Made by a program: the position numbers and the translations under genes
The notes under the pieces: generated by a model
Seen by the model: only the letters and a program-made list of their open reading frames with translations
What the model was told of the DNA's origin: nothing
Databases searched by the model: none
Source: Patescibacteria group bacterium
GTDB lineage: Bacteria; Patescibacteriota; UBA1384; XYA2-FULL-43-10; 1-14-0-10-43-13
Reading direction: 5' to 3'
DNA: 64,000 bases
Assembly (NCBI GenBank): GCA_041666325.1
Contig: JBAYHC010000003.1
Coordinates: 95,102-159,101 of the forward strand
Shown: positions 27,260-35,359 of the stretch, in pieces
How positions within the stretch are numbered: the stretch's first letter is position 1
Layout: each line of letters opens with the position of its first letter

Positions 27260-27402
27260 CTTATGCGGCATCTTTCCTTTGCGACCCCCGATTTGTCGGG
27301 GTAAAGGCTAGAGTTGGCACCCACACTTCTCGTCTCGCCAGAGGCGGAACAGACAGGGTTGTCGGCAGTTAATAGCGGGCTAGTTCCCGCCCCGCATAGC
27401 CC
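27260..27402 (-). promoter_or_regulatory. SAM-I (S-box) riboswitch aptamer upstream of metK (putative)
   Basis: Minus-strand sense contains, in order, CUAUGCGG (P1 5'), GGCGGGAAC...AGCCC (kink-turn/P2), GCCGACAACC (~GCAACC), GGGUGCCAACUCUAGCC (~GGUGCCAAUUCCAGCAG), the P4 hairpin CCCCGACAAAUCGGGG and AAAGAUGCCGCAUAAG (P1 3'). The order matches RF00162. Confidence 0.5.
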
Positions 27403-27744
27403 ATTCGGGCGACGTGGGGTCACTGCTCTCTTGATACTATTTTGTTGTCTAAACCATCATAGCGGCCTTAGCCCGCATGATCAATCCCCTTGCTGTGGAT
27501 AACGAGGATTGAGCTCAAGTTACACGCCCGTGAATCCGGAAACTACTTTAGTCCCCAATTGTCATTCTGATCCGCCAGCTGGCCATGTACCGTTCTGGTG
27601 CGTGGCTGGCGGAGAAAAATCCAGATCACAAAGTGATCGAAACTATTTGTGCGCTGCGCTAGATTCTTCACTTCACTTGTTCAGAATGACAGAAGAAAAA
27701 TGAACAAAGCACAAATTGAATTAGTTTTAAGATTCACACGCTAT

Positions 27745-27773
27745 TTGACATTTTTACATAAATATGATATAAT
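27745..27773 (+). promoter_or_regulatory. perfect-consensus sigma70 promoter (TTGACA-N17-TATAAT)
   Basis: TTGACA at 27745-27750, a 17-nt spacer, and TATAAT at 27768-27773. It precedes the GC-rich gene at 27898. Confidence 0.6.
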
Positions 27774-27897
27774 GCACGCATGTTCGGAGTAGTCAGGGGC
27801 GTCCATGACGCGCTCTGGCATCCCGCCCATGGCGGGAACGTGAGCCTGGGGAGGCTGTCCAAAACATACCCACCCCCGATCCGTATCGGGGCGGAGA

Positions 27898-28707
27898 ATG
27901 GAAATGTCAAGAGTCGCAAACGTCGGAACAATCGAGTGGACAACTGGTGTTATCTTCGAGAAGGACAGGCTGAAGTCGCACATCGCCGCCCTCGCGGCTA
28001 CTTGCAGCGACAACGTGCCAGAAGTGATGGCAAGGTATCGCGATGAAGCGATTCGGGAATTGAGCCAAGACCTGCTGCCGCTCCGCATCTTCGTCCGCCT
28101 TGACCAGCCAGTCCCGGATGATCAGTTCCCCGGGATTTGGACGGAAGATGACGGCTCGCGTCTCTGGGTCGCCAACGGACAAAGCCCTCACGATGGGCAG
28201 CAAGTCCATCCCTTCTTGTACATCCTGCGTGGGCTTGCGCGCTGGAGCGGCCACGCAGTACAGATCAGCCTGTCCCAGTTCGGCCATGCGGCCTACGTCA
28301 CGTTCATCTCGAACGAAGACATCAGGCAACCGTCCGCCTACCTCAACGCCCTGGCCAGCAAGATGGCACGCTGGGCCGCCGAGGGTCGGTGGGAGATCCT
28401 CAACGACTACACTCGCCAGAAGGTCGAGGCCATACTCGCTGACCTGGAAACGGCCGCCGGCACCATCCGTACCTTCCTCGCCATGGTCAAGTTCCTGCAG
28501 TCCCACGGCGTTAGGCCAAGTGGAGAGGCAATGAACATCCGACGGATATTGGCACTCCGGTCACCGGGTGGGTCCGCCGGACCCAGCAGCGACATCTGGG
28601 ATATTGCCAACATTTTCCAGCAGGAACAGCAGAATCTCGCCCAGGTCGTGCCGCCCGAGTTGAGGCGCGAAATGGATGCGCTGCAGAAGCGCGGCTGGCA
28701 GGAGTAG
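27898..28707 (+). CDS. hypothetical protein (269 aa, GC-rich, no recognisable domain)
   Basis: GGAG RBS (GGAGAATGGAAATG). About 60% GC, well above the flanking DNA. Bounded by the consensus promoter and a strong terminator. Confidence 0.6.
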   Translation: MEMSRVANVGTIEWTTGVIFEKDRLKSHIAALAATCSDNVPEVMARYRDEAIRELSQDLLPLRIFVRLDQPVPDDQFPGIWTEDDGSRLWVANGQSPHDGQQVHPFLYILRGLARWSGHAVQISLSQFGHAAYVTFISNEDIRQPSAYLNALASKMARWAAEGRWEILNDYTRQKVEAILADLETAAGTIRTFLAMVKFLQSHGVRPSGEAMNIRRILALRSPGGSAGPSSDIWDIANIFQQEQQNLAQVVPPELRREMDALQKRGWQE

Positions 28708-28737
28708 CGCCCCTGCCGCCACCACGTTCGACACACT

Positions 28738-28772
28738 CGCCCTGGGACCTCACGGTCCCGGGGCGGTTTTTT
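28738..28772 (+). terminator. rho-independent terminator of the 269-aa gene
   Basis: CCCTGGGACC-TCAC-GGTCCCGGGG (10-bp stem with one G-U pair) followed by CGGTTTTTTATTT. Confidence 0.7.
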
Positions 28773-28801
28773 ATTTAGAGACAAATGTTTTTTGGCACGA
28801 C

Positions 28802-28836
28802 CAAAAAAATAGGCTGCCCTTAGGAGAGCAGCCAGC
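28802..28836 (-). terminator. rho-independent terminator of the SPFH gene (minus strand)
   Basis: Minus-strand sense GGCTGCTCTCCTAAGGGCAGCC followed by TATTTTTTTGG. Confidence 0.55.
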
Positions 28837-28870
28837 CAAATGGTTAGACTTCGCTTCGTTCTGGAACATC

Positions 28871-29704
28871 TCACTTCCGGGGAATGGTGTAGTTGGTCCC
28901 ACCACCGCCGTCGTTGATGATGACGGTCACGTCCTTACCCGTCAGATCCTTGACCGTTTCCCATTTCTTGTACTCGAGGTAGCCCGGATTGGCGCGGATG
29001 GCGCGGCCCACCTTCTCTATCGCCACGACTTCAGCGTCGGCGGAGGCTTTCCTATTCTCGGCCGCCCAGAGGGACTCGTCCACCTTGACGTTGGAGAGCT
29101 GTCCCCCGATCAGCTTGAGTGGCACCTTGTTGCGTTCGAAGGTGCTGATGATCATGGCCGCGACTTCTTTGTTGATGCGGTTGTAGTTGCCCATGACCTC
29201 ATCGTAGTCACGGTATTTGGCGAAGATCTCCCTCGCCTTGCCCCGGATGGTCATCTGGGCAAACTGGTCATACACCGCCTGGAGAGTGATCGTACTGACG
29301 CGATCTTTCCCCGGCAGTGGCACAGGGGTGACCTGAGCGAAGATGCTGTCGCGCATCTTCTTGTCGTCAGGCAGCATCACCTGAATGTAGATGTCAACGG
29401 CCAAGGGCACGCGACTCTTGGTGATGATCCTATGATCCTCGGACTTCTTGGGATCAGATGACTTGGCGAACTCCTCCTTGACGGTGTAGCTCGTCGCCTC
29501 GCAGGTCACCAAGCGATTGCAACTTCCGTCAGTACTAGTCGCGCCGATCTCAGCCTGACCCGCCTCGCGGATACCGCCGTCCCACCCAGAAGGCGACAAC
29601 ACGCGACCGATATAGCCGGGCGGAATGTCCTCGACATGTCCGCAGCCAGCGAATCCCATAGCGGCCATGGCCGCAAGAACCAGAGCGAATAGCTTCCTTC
29701 TCAT
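28871..29704 (-). CDS. SPFH/band-7 domain lipoprotein (putative)
   Basis: Lipoprotein signal (LAAMAAMGFAGC). The core resembles SPFH: ...ITLQAVYDQFAQMTIRGKAREIF...EVMGNYNRINKEV...KLIGGQLSNVKVDESLWAAENRKASADAEVVAIEK. GC-rich. Confidence 0.55.
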   Translation of the reverse strand: MRRKLFALVLAAMAAMGFAGCGHVEDIPPGYIGRVLSPSGWDGGIREAGQAEIGATSTDGSCNRLVTCEATSYTVKEEFAKSSDPKKSEDHRIITKSRVPLAVDIYIQVMLPDDKKMRDSIFAQVTPVPLPGKDRVSTITLQAVYDQFAQMTIRGKAREIFAKYRDYDEVMGNYNRINKEVAAMIISTFERNKVPLKLIGGQLSNVKVDESLWAAENRKASADAEVVAIEKVGRAIRANPGYLEYKKWETVKDLTGKDVTVIINDGGGGTNYTIPRK

Positions 29705-29715
29705 TGTGTCACCTC

Positions 29716-30015
29716 TCAGTGCTTCGGCTCGGTCTTGGAATCGTTCCTCAAGATATCTGCTCTCTCGTTGGCGACGCTGCGGTCGATGACCGATTGCGGA
29801 GCCTTGTTCACGACTGCCGTCTTCACGGCATAGCCGCCGAATCCAAGGACCGCAAAGATGATCAACGTAAGGCAGACGGCTGTCGCCACCCCCCGCTCTT
29901 CGTCGGTCAGGCCACTGTTCTTGCTGCGCAAGCTTAAGCCGACCAGCACGACAACGGCGACGAACACCACAAGCCCGAAAAATGGCATCGTCAGTTGCCT
30001 GTAGATGTCTTCCAT
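29716..30015 (-). CDS. small 2-TM membrane protein (possible NfeD-like partner of the SPFH protein)
   Basis: GGAGGGAGG RBS before MEDIYRQ. Two TM helices; immediately upstream of, and co-directional with, the SPFH gene. Confidence 0.45.
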   Translation of the reverse strand: MEDIYRQLTMPFFGLVVFVAVVVLVGLSLRSKNSGLTDEERGVATAVCLTLIIFAVLGFGGYAVKTAVVNKAPQSVIDRSVANERADILRNDSKTEPKH

Positions 30016-30193
30016 GTTTCCTCCCTCCAGAGCGAAGTCAGCACCATTTTGGCATAGACACGAGTACGTTATCACAAATTGGTCATAACGTCAATAACCA
30101 CCCGCAGCGTCGTCATTGCGAGTGTTCTTGTGATGAGAGCGAATGAAAGCACTCAAGGCGGTTTTTGTATTTTCCCCTTCCGATTTCTCCCTT

Positions 30194-31630
30194 CTACCCT
30201 CTACTTTCTCCCTCGTTCTTGTAGTACTCAATCCCCTCTTCAACCGTGGAAAATTTGCCCTCGAGCTGGGCTTCGAATAGTTCGTCCAGCACTTGCCCGA
30301 AGCCCGGACCGGGCTCAAGTCCGAGTTCAATGAGATGACGCCCCATAACGAGTGGCTTGGGCTTCGTGTCTTCGAGCGAAAGCTGCTTGGCTCGTTCAAG
30401 CAATGCCTCACCCTCAGGAAAACCATGCCATGGTATGGCCCGACCGCGCCGGTCCACCTCTGACGACCAGACCAACTCCTCAATTGTGGCCGGAGCAAGC
30501 CGCAGGGCCAACCGCCGAATGGCGGCATCACTAAGATCTTTATTAAAAGCCGGATACATATGTTCGCCAGCAAGCAGGAGAACATGCTTGATCATCTCAT
30601 CAGGCAGAGAGAGAGAACGCATGAACTTCTCTGCCGGCTGGATGCCGGCCTTGGCATGACCATAAGATGTCACCTTTTCATCTTCAACCACCGTAGTTAC
30701 CGGTTTGCCCATATCGTGTGTCAGCGCAAAAAACATGAAAATCAATGACCTTTTCTCGTCAAAGTTTTTCTGTCGAATCAGCTTCGCTGCTTCATCGACG
30801 ACCATGAGCGTATGAGTCCAGACATCACCCTCCGGATGCCATCGAACCGACTGCGGAGTACCGACAAGCTCCAGGAGTTCGGGATGGAGTTTGTTGATAA
30901 TTCCCAGGTCCAGCGCAAGACTCAACCCCTTGCTCGGTTTTTCCGATTTCAGCAGCAGCTTCTTCCATTCGTCACCAATCCGTTCGGGAGACAGTTCCGA
31001 AAGCTCCAATCCTCGGCACAAATCGGCTGTCTTTGCCTCAATGCGCAAATTAAATCTTCCAACAAACTGCATCGCCCGAAGAGCTCGAAGCGGGTCATCG
31101 CCGAAGGTTTCTGGATCAGTTGCCTGCAAAACACCCTCCTCTAAATCATCAATCCCGCCATGGGCATCGATAATTTCGCCCGTCAACAGATCAAGAGCCA
31201 GGGCATTGATCGTAAAATCACGGCGCTTGGATGCTTCACTGAAGGATAAATCTGGCTCGCCGGTAATAGCAAACCCGCGATGGCCCTTGCCGATTTTAGA
31301 TTCACGGCGAGGCAAGGCAATATCGAGATCACCAAACTTGATAACGCTAAATTGCGCCCCGACAACATTGACGGGCCCCAACGGCTCGAGCAATTCCCGT
31401 ATCTTGTCGTACGCTAGCCCATAAACCTCAAGATCAATGTCCTTGGGCTCAACCGAGTAGCCAAGATCTTTGAGCAGAAGATCTCTGACATAACCACCCA
31501 CAATTAATGTCCGCCCCCCGCTCTCCGCGACTAGCTTCACCACTGCCAAAGCCATCTTGACTTGATTTTTGGTCTGAGGATCAACCGCTTGTTCAATTAA
31601 TTTATCAAAATTGATTGTATTGTTTTCCAT
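30194..31630 (-). CDS. cca: CCA-adding tRNA nucleotidyltransferase with HD domain
   Basis: Pol-beta head (LIVGGYVRDLLL...DIDLEV), RRDFTINALA motif and a C-terminal HD domain (LTHDMGK...H). 478 aa. Confidence 0.85.
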   Translation of the reverse strand: MENNTINFDKLIEQAVDPQTKNQVKMALAVVKLVAESGGRTLIVGGYVRDLLLKDLGYSVEPKDIDLEVYGLAYDKIRELLEPLGPVNVVGAQFSVIKFGDLDIALPRRESKIGKGHRGFAITGEPDLSFSEASKRRDFTINALALDLLTGEIIDAHGGIDDLEEGVLQATDPETFGDDPLRALRAMQFVGRFNLRIEAKTADLCRGLELSELSPERIGDEWKKLLLKSEKPSKGLSLALDLGIINKLHPELLELVGTPQSVRWHPEGDVWTHTLMVVDEAAKLIRQKNFDEKRSLIFMFFALTHDMGKPVTTVVEDEKVTSYGHAKAGIQPAEKFMRSLSLPDEMIKHVLLLAGEHMYPAFNKDLSDAAIRRLALRLAPATIEELVWSSEVDRRGRAIPWHGFPEGEALLERAKQLSLEDTKPKPLVMGRHLIELGLEPGPGFGQVLDELFEAQLEGKFSTVEEGIEYYKNEGESRG

Positions 31631-32101
31631 TTATTCATCACTCCCTGATTGATGTTTCCTTCCATTGCGAGAATACAGCCCGACCAACTCCGCCTCTGCC
31701 ATGACACGATCACTCATGGCGTCTGTAATATCATGCAGAGATGAGTCTGGCCGAAGCTCAAGAACTTTATCCACAGCATAGAGGGTAAAAACATAACGAT
31801 GCTCCCCTGTCGGAGGACATGGCCCGCCATAACCAGGTTCATTGAAGCCATTGATTCCCTCGATTGCGCTCTCGGGCACATCACCTTCGGGGATTGACTC
31901 TGTTCCAGGGTCGATATTCCAAACAACCCAATGCAAGAACTCTCCGCCTGGAGCGTCGGGATCGCTTACGACTAAGATTAAGCTTTCTGCGTCTTCTGGA
32001 ACGTCCTCTATCTCCAGCGGTGGACTAATATTTTCTCCAGCGCATGTATACTTGGCTGGCATCAGACCAAAGTGTTCAAATTCAGGACTTGATAATTCCA
32101 T
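31631..32101 (-). CDS. YbhB/YbcL family Raf-kinase-inhibitor-like protein (PEBP)
   Basis: DPDAPGGEFLHWVVWNI and GPCPPTGEHRYVFTLYAVD signatures. Confidence 0.8.
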   Translation of the reverse strand: MELSSPEFEHFGLMPAKYTCAGENISPPLEIEDVPEDAESLILVVSDPDAPGGEFLHWVVWNIDPGTESIPEGDVPESAIEGINGFNEPGYGGPCPPTGEHRYVFTLYAVDKVLELRPDSSLHDITDAMSDRVMAEAELVGLYSRNGRKHQSGSDE

Positions 32102-32245
32102 AATGCCTCACTTTCTGTTTCTACTAAGCCCATTAGTATACCCCATGCATTTAATAATGCAAAGGCAGATTGCCAAAGAGTAGAACACCTATGCGCCTAG
32201 CACTTTTTCCCCCAAAATGCCTCACCCCTATTCTGATCTTTCAGC

Positions 32246-32869
32246 CTAATATCGTCGAGTGAAAAACTGGAGAACCAGATACAGTACAATCGCACCAGCA
32301 ATAATGGCTCCAACATATTGTACGATCAAGGCTAAGAAAAGAAAAAGCATCGGAATTGACATTATCATCAAAAATATCAGGGCGATCCGTGGCTGAACAG
32401 AAAGCAAAGCGATGCCAAAAGCAGAGATCAGGCCAGCCACAGCGACTATGGCAATATAGGGAACACCGCCAGTAAAGCTTCTGTTGAGACAAAAACCAAG
32501 ATCAAGATACCTGCAACCGACAATCAGCCCGGAAATTATCAGGTAAGTTACAGCTGTGATGGCAGCAATATATCGGCATGTGCCACTCCAGCAAATTGCT
32601 AATTCGTGCCTATATTTCCCGATAGAGTGCCGCATTTTGCTTTGGCTTTCGACGCTGCCCGTGCTTATCCCTCTCTCTGCCAGCCTCTCCTCCACCTTCT
32701 CGCGAATTACCTCCTTCACATCTCTGGAGACGGCGTCCTTGACATCGCGTTCTATTTCTTGATCAAGCTCTTTGTCTATCTCTGTCTCAATCTCTTCAAC
32801 CAGCTCCTTCTCGTGCTGCTCAATGTCTTCTTCGACTCTCTTCTCAATGTTTTTGTTCTCTTCTTTCAT
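32246..32869 (-). CDS. membrane protein with acidic coiled-coil N-terminus (hypothetical)
   Basis: E/K-rich N-terminal ~90 aa followed by 3 TM helices. Confidence 0.5.
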   Translation of the reverse strand: MKEENKNIEKRVEEDIEQHEKELVEEIETEIDKELDQEIERDVKDAVSRDVKEVIREKVEERLAERGISTGSVESQSKMRHSIGKYRHELAICWSGTCRYIAAITAVTYLIISGLIVGCRYLDLGFCLNRSFTGGVPYIAIVAVAGLISAFGIALLSVQPRIALIFLMIMSIPMLFLFLALIVQYVGAIIAGAIVLYLVLQFFTRRY

Positions 32870-32970
32870 GGCAAAGTTTCGACTTAAAAACTGTTCGGCT
32901 GTTCATCATACCACAAGAAAGATTGACTTTTGACCATAATTAGATATCTAATATCTACAGGAGGGTCGAG

Positions 32971-33345
32971 ATGAAAGACCGGAAGAAACGCTATATTTTC
33001 ACTGTGTACTATCCTGGCGTGGAATCACTCTTTAGTACTTGCGCCATCGTAGCATCTACTGTCTGGGAAGCAATCTCCATTCTGAAACCAGACCTCGGCG
33101 AAGCAAAAATAGCTCCCGAGGGACCACATTACCTCAACATTGGCGATGTGCCGATATCAACTCCTGAAGACCTCCGACGTTTACCGCGCGTCTTCGCCGA
33201 CATTCACACCGAGTACATTTTGCTCGATGGAGATAGGCTGCCACCAGCTGCCCTTGAGCATGTTCTGGGTGACGATCACGGCAACTTCTATGTGCCAGTA
33301 ATGATGGCCGAACTATTGATTCAAAACGGTCACCACATTCTCTGA
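32971..33345 (+). CDS. hypothetical protein
   Basis: 124-aa ORF with a GGAGGG RBS; no motif. Confidence 0.4.
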   Translation: MKDRKKRYIFTVYYPGVESLFSTCAIVASTVWEAISILKPDLGEAKIAPEGPHYLNIGDVPISTPEDLRRLPRVFADIHTEYILLDGDRLPPAALEHVLGDDHGNFYVPVMMAELLIQNGHHIL

Positions 33346-33388
33346 CGCTCGACTTTTCCCACCGTCCTGCCACTTTGGCAGGCGTTTT

Positions 33389-34879
33389 TCATTGAGATAC
33401 AAGAGACCTAAGCTCGTCCAGTGCTTTTTGGATTGAGTCGATCTTTGACCTGATATCGCTGTTCTTGTCTGTAGGTGCGGTTGTATCAGCGGGCAGAGCA
33501 GGGGTGCCAGCCAGAAGTGCCTGCAATTGGGCTTCATTGTCAACACCGACAACCTTATTGGTTTTAGCATTGAGAAGTACGGTCTTGGCAATACCAGCAG
33601 AGTCATTGGGAATAATCGAGAGGAGCCAATTGAGATCTCCAGCCACCTTAACCGGCCGCGGCTCAGACAAACTAAACCCGCTCCAGTCATAAGTTGGAAA
33701 CTCTCTCTTGATATAATCAGCGGCAGCAATCGGCCCGGTCAATTGGGAATTCTGATCGAATTCAACAATCTCACGCTTGCCGGTAGTTGCGTCAAAAACA
33801 AAAACCTTGAAGATGCCGTATGATCGGCCGTACGGCTCAGCGACAATAACCTGTTTAAACCCCTCTGCCGTTGCTGAATGTATCACACTCTCATCGGATG
33901 GAAGGCTGACTATCTCGGTCTGATTGCGATGCAAGAACCACTTGTTCAATATTCCCCCGTTGTAGGCATAGGAATCAGCATAGTACAGAGCTAACTCCTT
34001 GGGATAAATACGATTACCCTTCAAGTACGAAATTGACTCCGCCTCTGCGGGGGTATAATCGTTGATCGTACCATCAGCACTGACAACCATAACTCCGCCC
34101 CACTCCGGGATTCTGAATGGAAAGCCCTTGTAGGTCATATACGGCACGACAGTAACCCACTCGCCGGAATCATTGCGAAGATATGTCGGCTCGCTGCTAT
34201 AAGTGGCAAAATACCTCTTGAGCGGCAAACGGAAATAAATGTTATCGAAAACACCAACGCCCTCGGAATATTTGAACTTTTGATCATAGATGTTTACTTT
34301 TCGTTCAAGGGTATCAACCTGAACAGTCACAAAACCATTCATCTTGTTGACCAAATAAAGCAATCCCCCATCAGGCAATCTGGGAGAAACTCGCACCAAA
34401 CGTCCCTGATCCAAGACTATCTGTGAATCCCCCAAATGCTCTTGGGGATTTTGAAATGAATCTTCGGCATATCGCGTCGCAACCGGCTTCGGCGTGAGAC
34501 GAATTGGGCTGAATTCAGGTAGTTCTGCTCTCTTGATGTAATCGATTTTCTTGGCAGCCAAGGTGTAGCGAATTTCGTTCTGCAAAAAGAGACCGATAAA
34601 AACAACGGCAAGAACACCAAGATAAGCAACGATCCATCTTGTTGAAATCTTGTTACTGCTCTTCAGGCTATAGCTAGCAGGGGCAAGCTTTACAACCTGG
34701 AAAGGACCTATGCGTTTGATAAGAGAATAGACACCAAAGGCTAATAACAACACGAAAATCAGGGAAAGTGGACTAATAACAAGAGTCATGACTAGGCCGT
34801 GCCACCAAGGTCGCAAAAACCATGCCAACGCGAGAACTAATGTGAGCCACACGATTCGTCCCAATTTGATTCTACTCAT
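33389..34879 (-). CDS. multi-pass membrane protein with a large extracytoplasmic domain (hypothetical)
   Basis: 496 aa with 3 N-terminal TM helices and a ~350-aa beta-rich domain. Confidence 0.55.
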   Translation of the reverse strand: MSRIKLGRIVWLTLVLALAWFLRPWWHGLVMTLVISPLSLIFVLLLAFGVYSLIKRIGPFQVVKLAPASYSLKSSNKISTRWIVAYLGVLAVVFIGLFLQNEIRYTLAAKKIDYIKRAELPEFSPIRLTPKPVATRYAEDSFQNPQEHLGDSQIVLDQGRLVRVSPRLPDGGLLYLVNKMNGFVTVQVDTLERKVNIYDQKFKYSEGVGVFDNIYFRLPLKRYFATYSSEPTYLRNDSGEWVTVVPYMTYKGFPFRIPEWGGVMVVSADGTINDYTPAEAESISYLKGNRIYPKELALYYADSYAYNGGILNKWFLHRNQTEIVSLPSDESVIHSATAEGFKQVIVAEPYGRSYGIFKVFVFDATTGKREIVEFDQNSQLTGPIAAADYIKREFPTYDWSGFSLSEPRPVKVAGDLNWLLSIIPNDSAGIAKTVLLNAKTNKVVGVDNEAQLQALLAGTPALPADTTAPTDKNSDIRSKIDSIQKALDELRSLVSQ

Positions 34880-34889
34880 CTAGACCCTT

Positions 34890-35351
34890 TCACTTAATAT
34901 CGCTTTGCCATAATATTGCTATCACCTCTCTCTTACCATCGAATTTCCAGTCATGGAAAACAGGACACTTCTTCTCTGAGCTATTACTTATTGCCCTGCG
35001 GTTTCCGATATAAAACCCTATATGTTTATGCTCTTCACCATCAAATTGTAGTCTTTCCCAAACAATAACACTCCCAACCTTAGGCCGCTTGATCTCTTTC
35101 CAGCCCGAAGCAACTAAATCTTTGACTGTTCTATCAACAGTGAGATGAATTCGTTCGATCAAACCAAACATGGTCAGAATTCCTGAGACAAAGTAAGCGC
35201 ATGCCGCGTCACCGTTGCTTGCAGCGTCGAATATTTCGCCGTCTCTCGTGGCGTAGAAATTACGAAAAATCTTGCTACCTTTACTATTCTTGATAGAAGC
35301 TATGTATGATTTTTTAATCAGTTTTTTAATTTTAGGAGTTTGTTCCATCAC
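34890..35351 (-). CDS. putative papain-like (C39-like) cysteine peptidase domain protein
   Basis: Candidate Cys (NGDAACAYFVSGIL) and His (HIGFYIG) motifs spaced as in the papain fold; 153 aa. Weak call. Confidence 0.35.
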   Translation of the reverse strand: MMEQTPKIKKLIKKSYIASIKNSKGSKIFRNFYATRDGEIFDAASNGDAACAYFVSGILTMFGLIERIHLTVDRTVKDLVASGWKEIKRPKVGSVIVWERLQFDGEEHKHIGFYIGNRRAISNSSEKKCPVFHDWKFDGKREVIAILWQSDIK

Positions 35352-35359
35352 TGTCGTTG

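Noticed and set aside
27199-27423. 74-aa minus-strand ORF
   Set aside because: Lies entirely within the putative SAM-I riboswitch and attenuator, with no RBS.
27780-28046. 88-aa plus-strand ORF starting at the predicted TSS
   Set aside because: Out of frame with, and overlapping, the RBS-supported 269-aa gene. Arg-rich translation of GC-rich DNA.
27907-29461. Long antisense ORFs (199, 155 and 261 aa) in the GC-rich island
   Set aside because: High GC suppresses stop codons. They are antisense to genes with an RBS, promoter and terminators, and their translations are Arg/Ala/Gly-rich.
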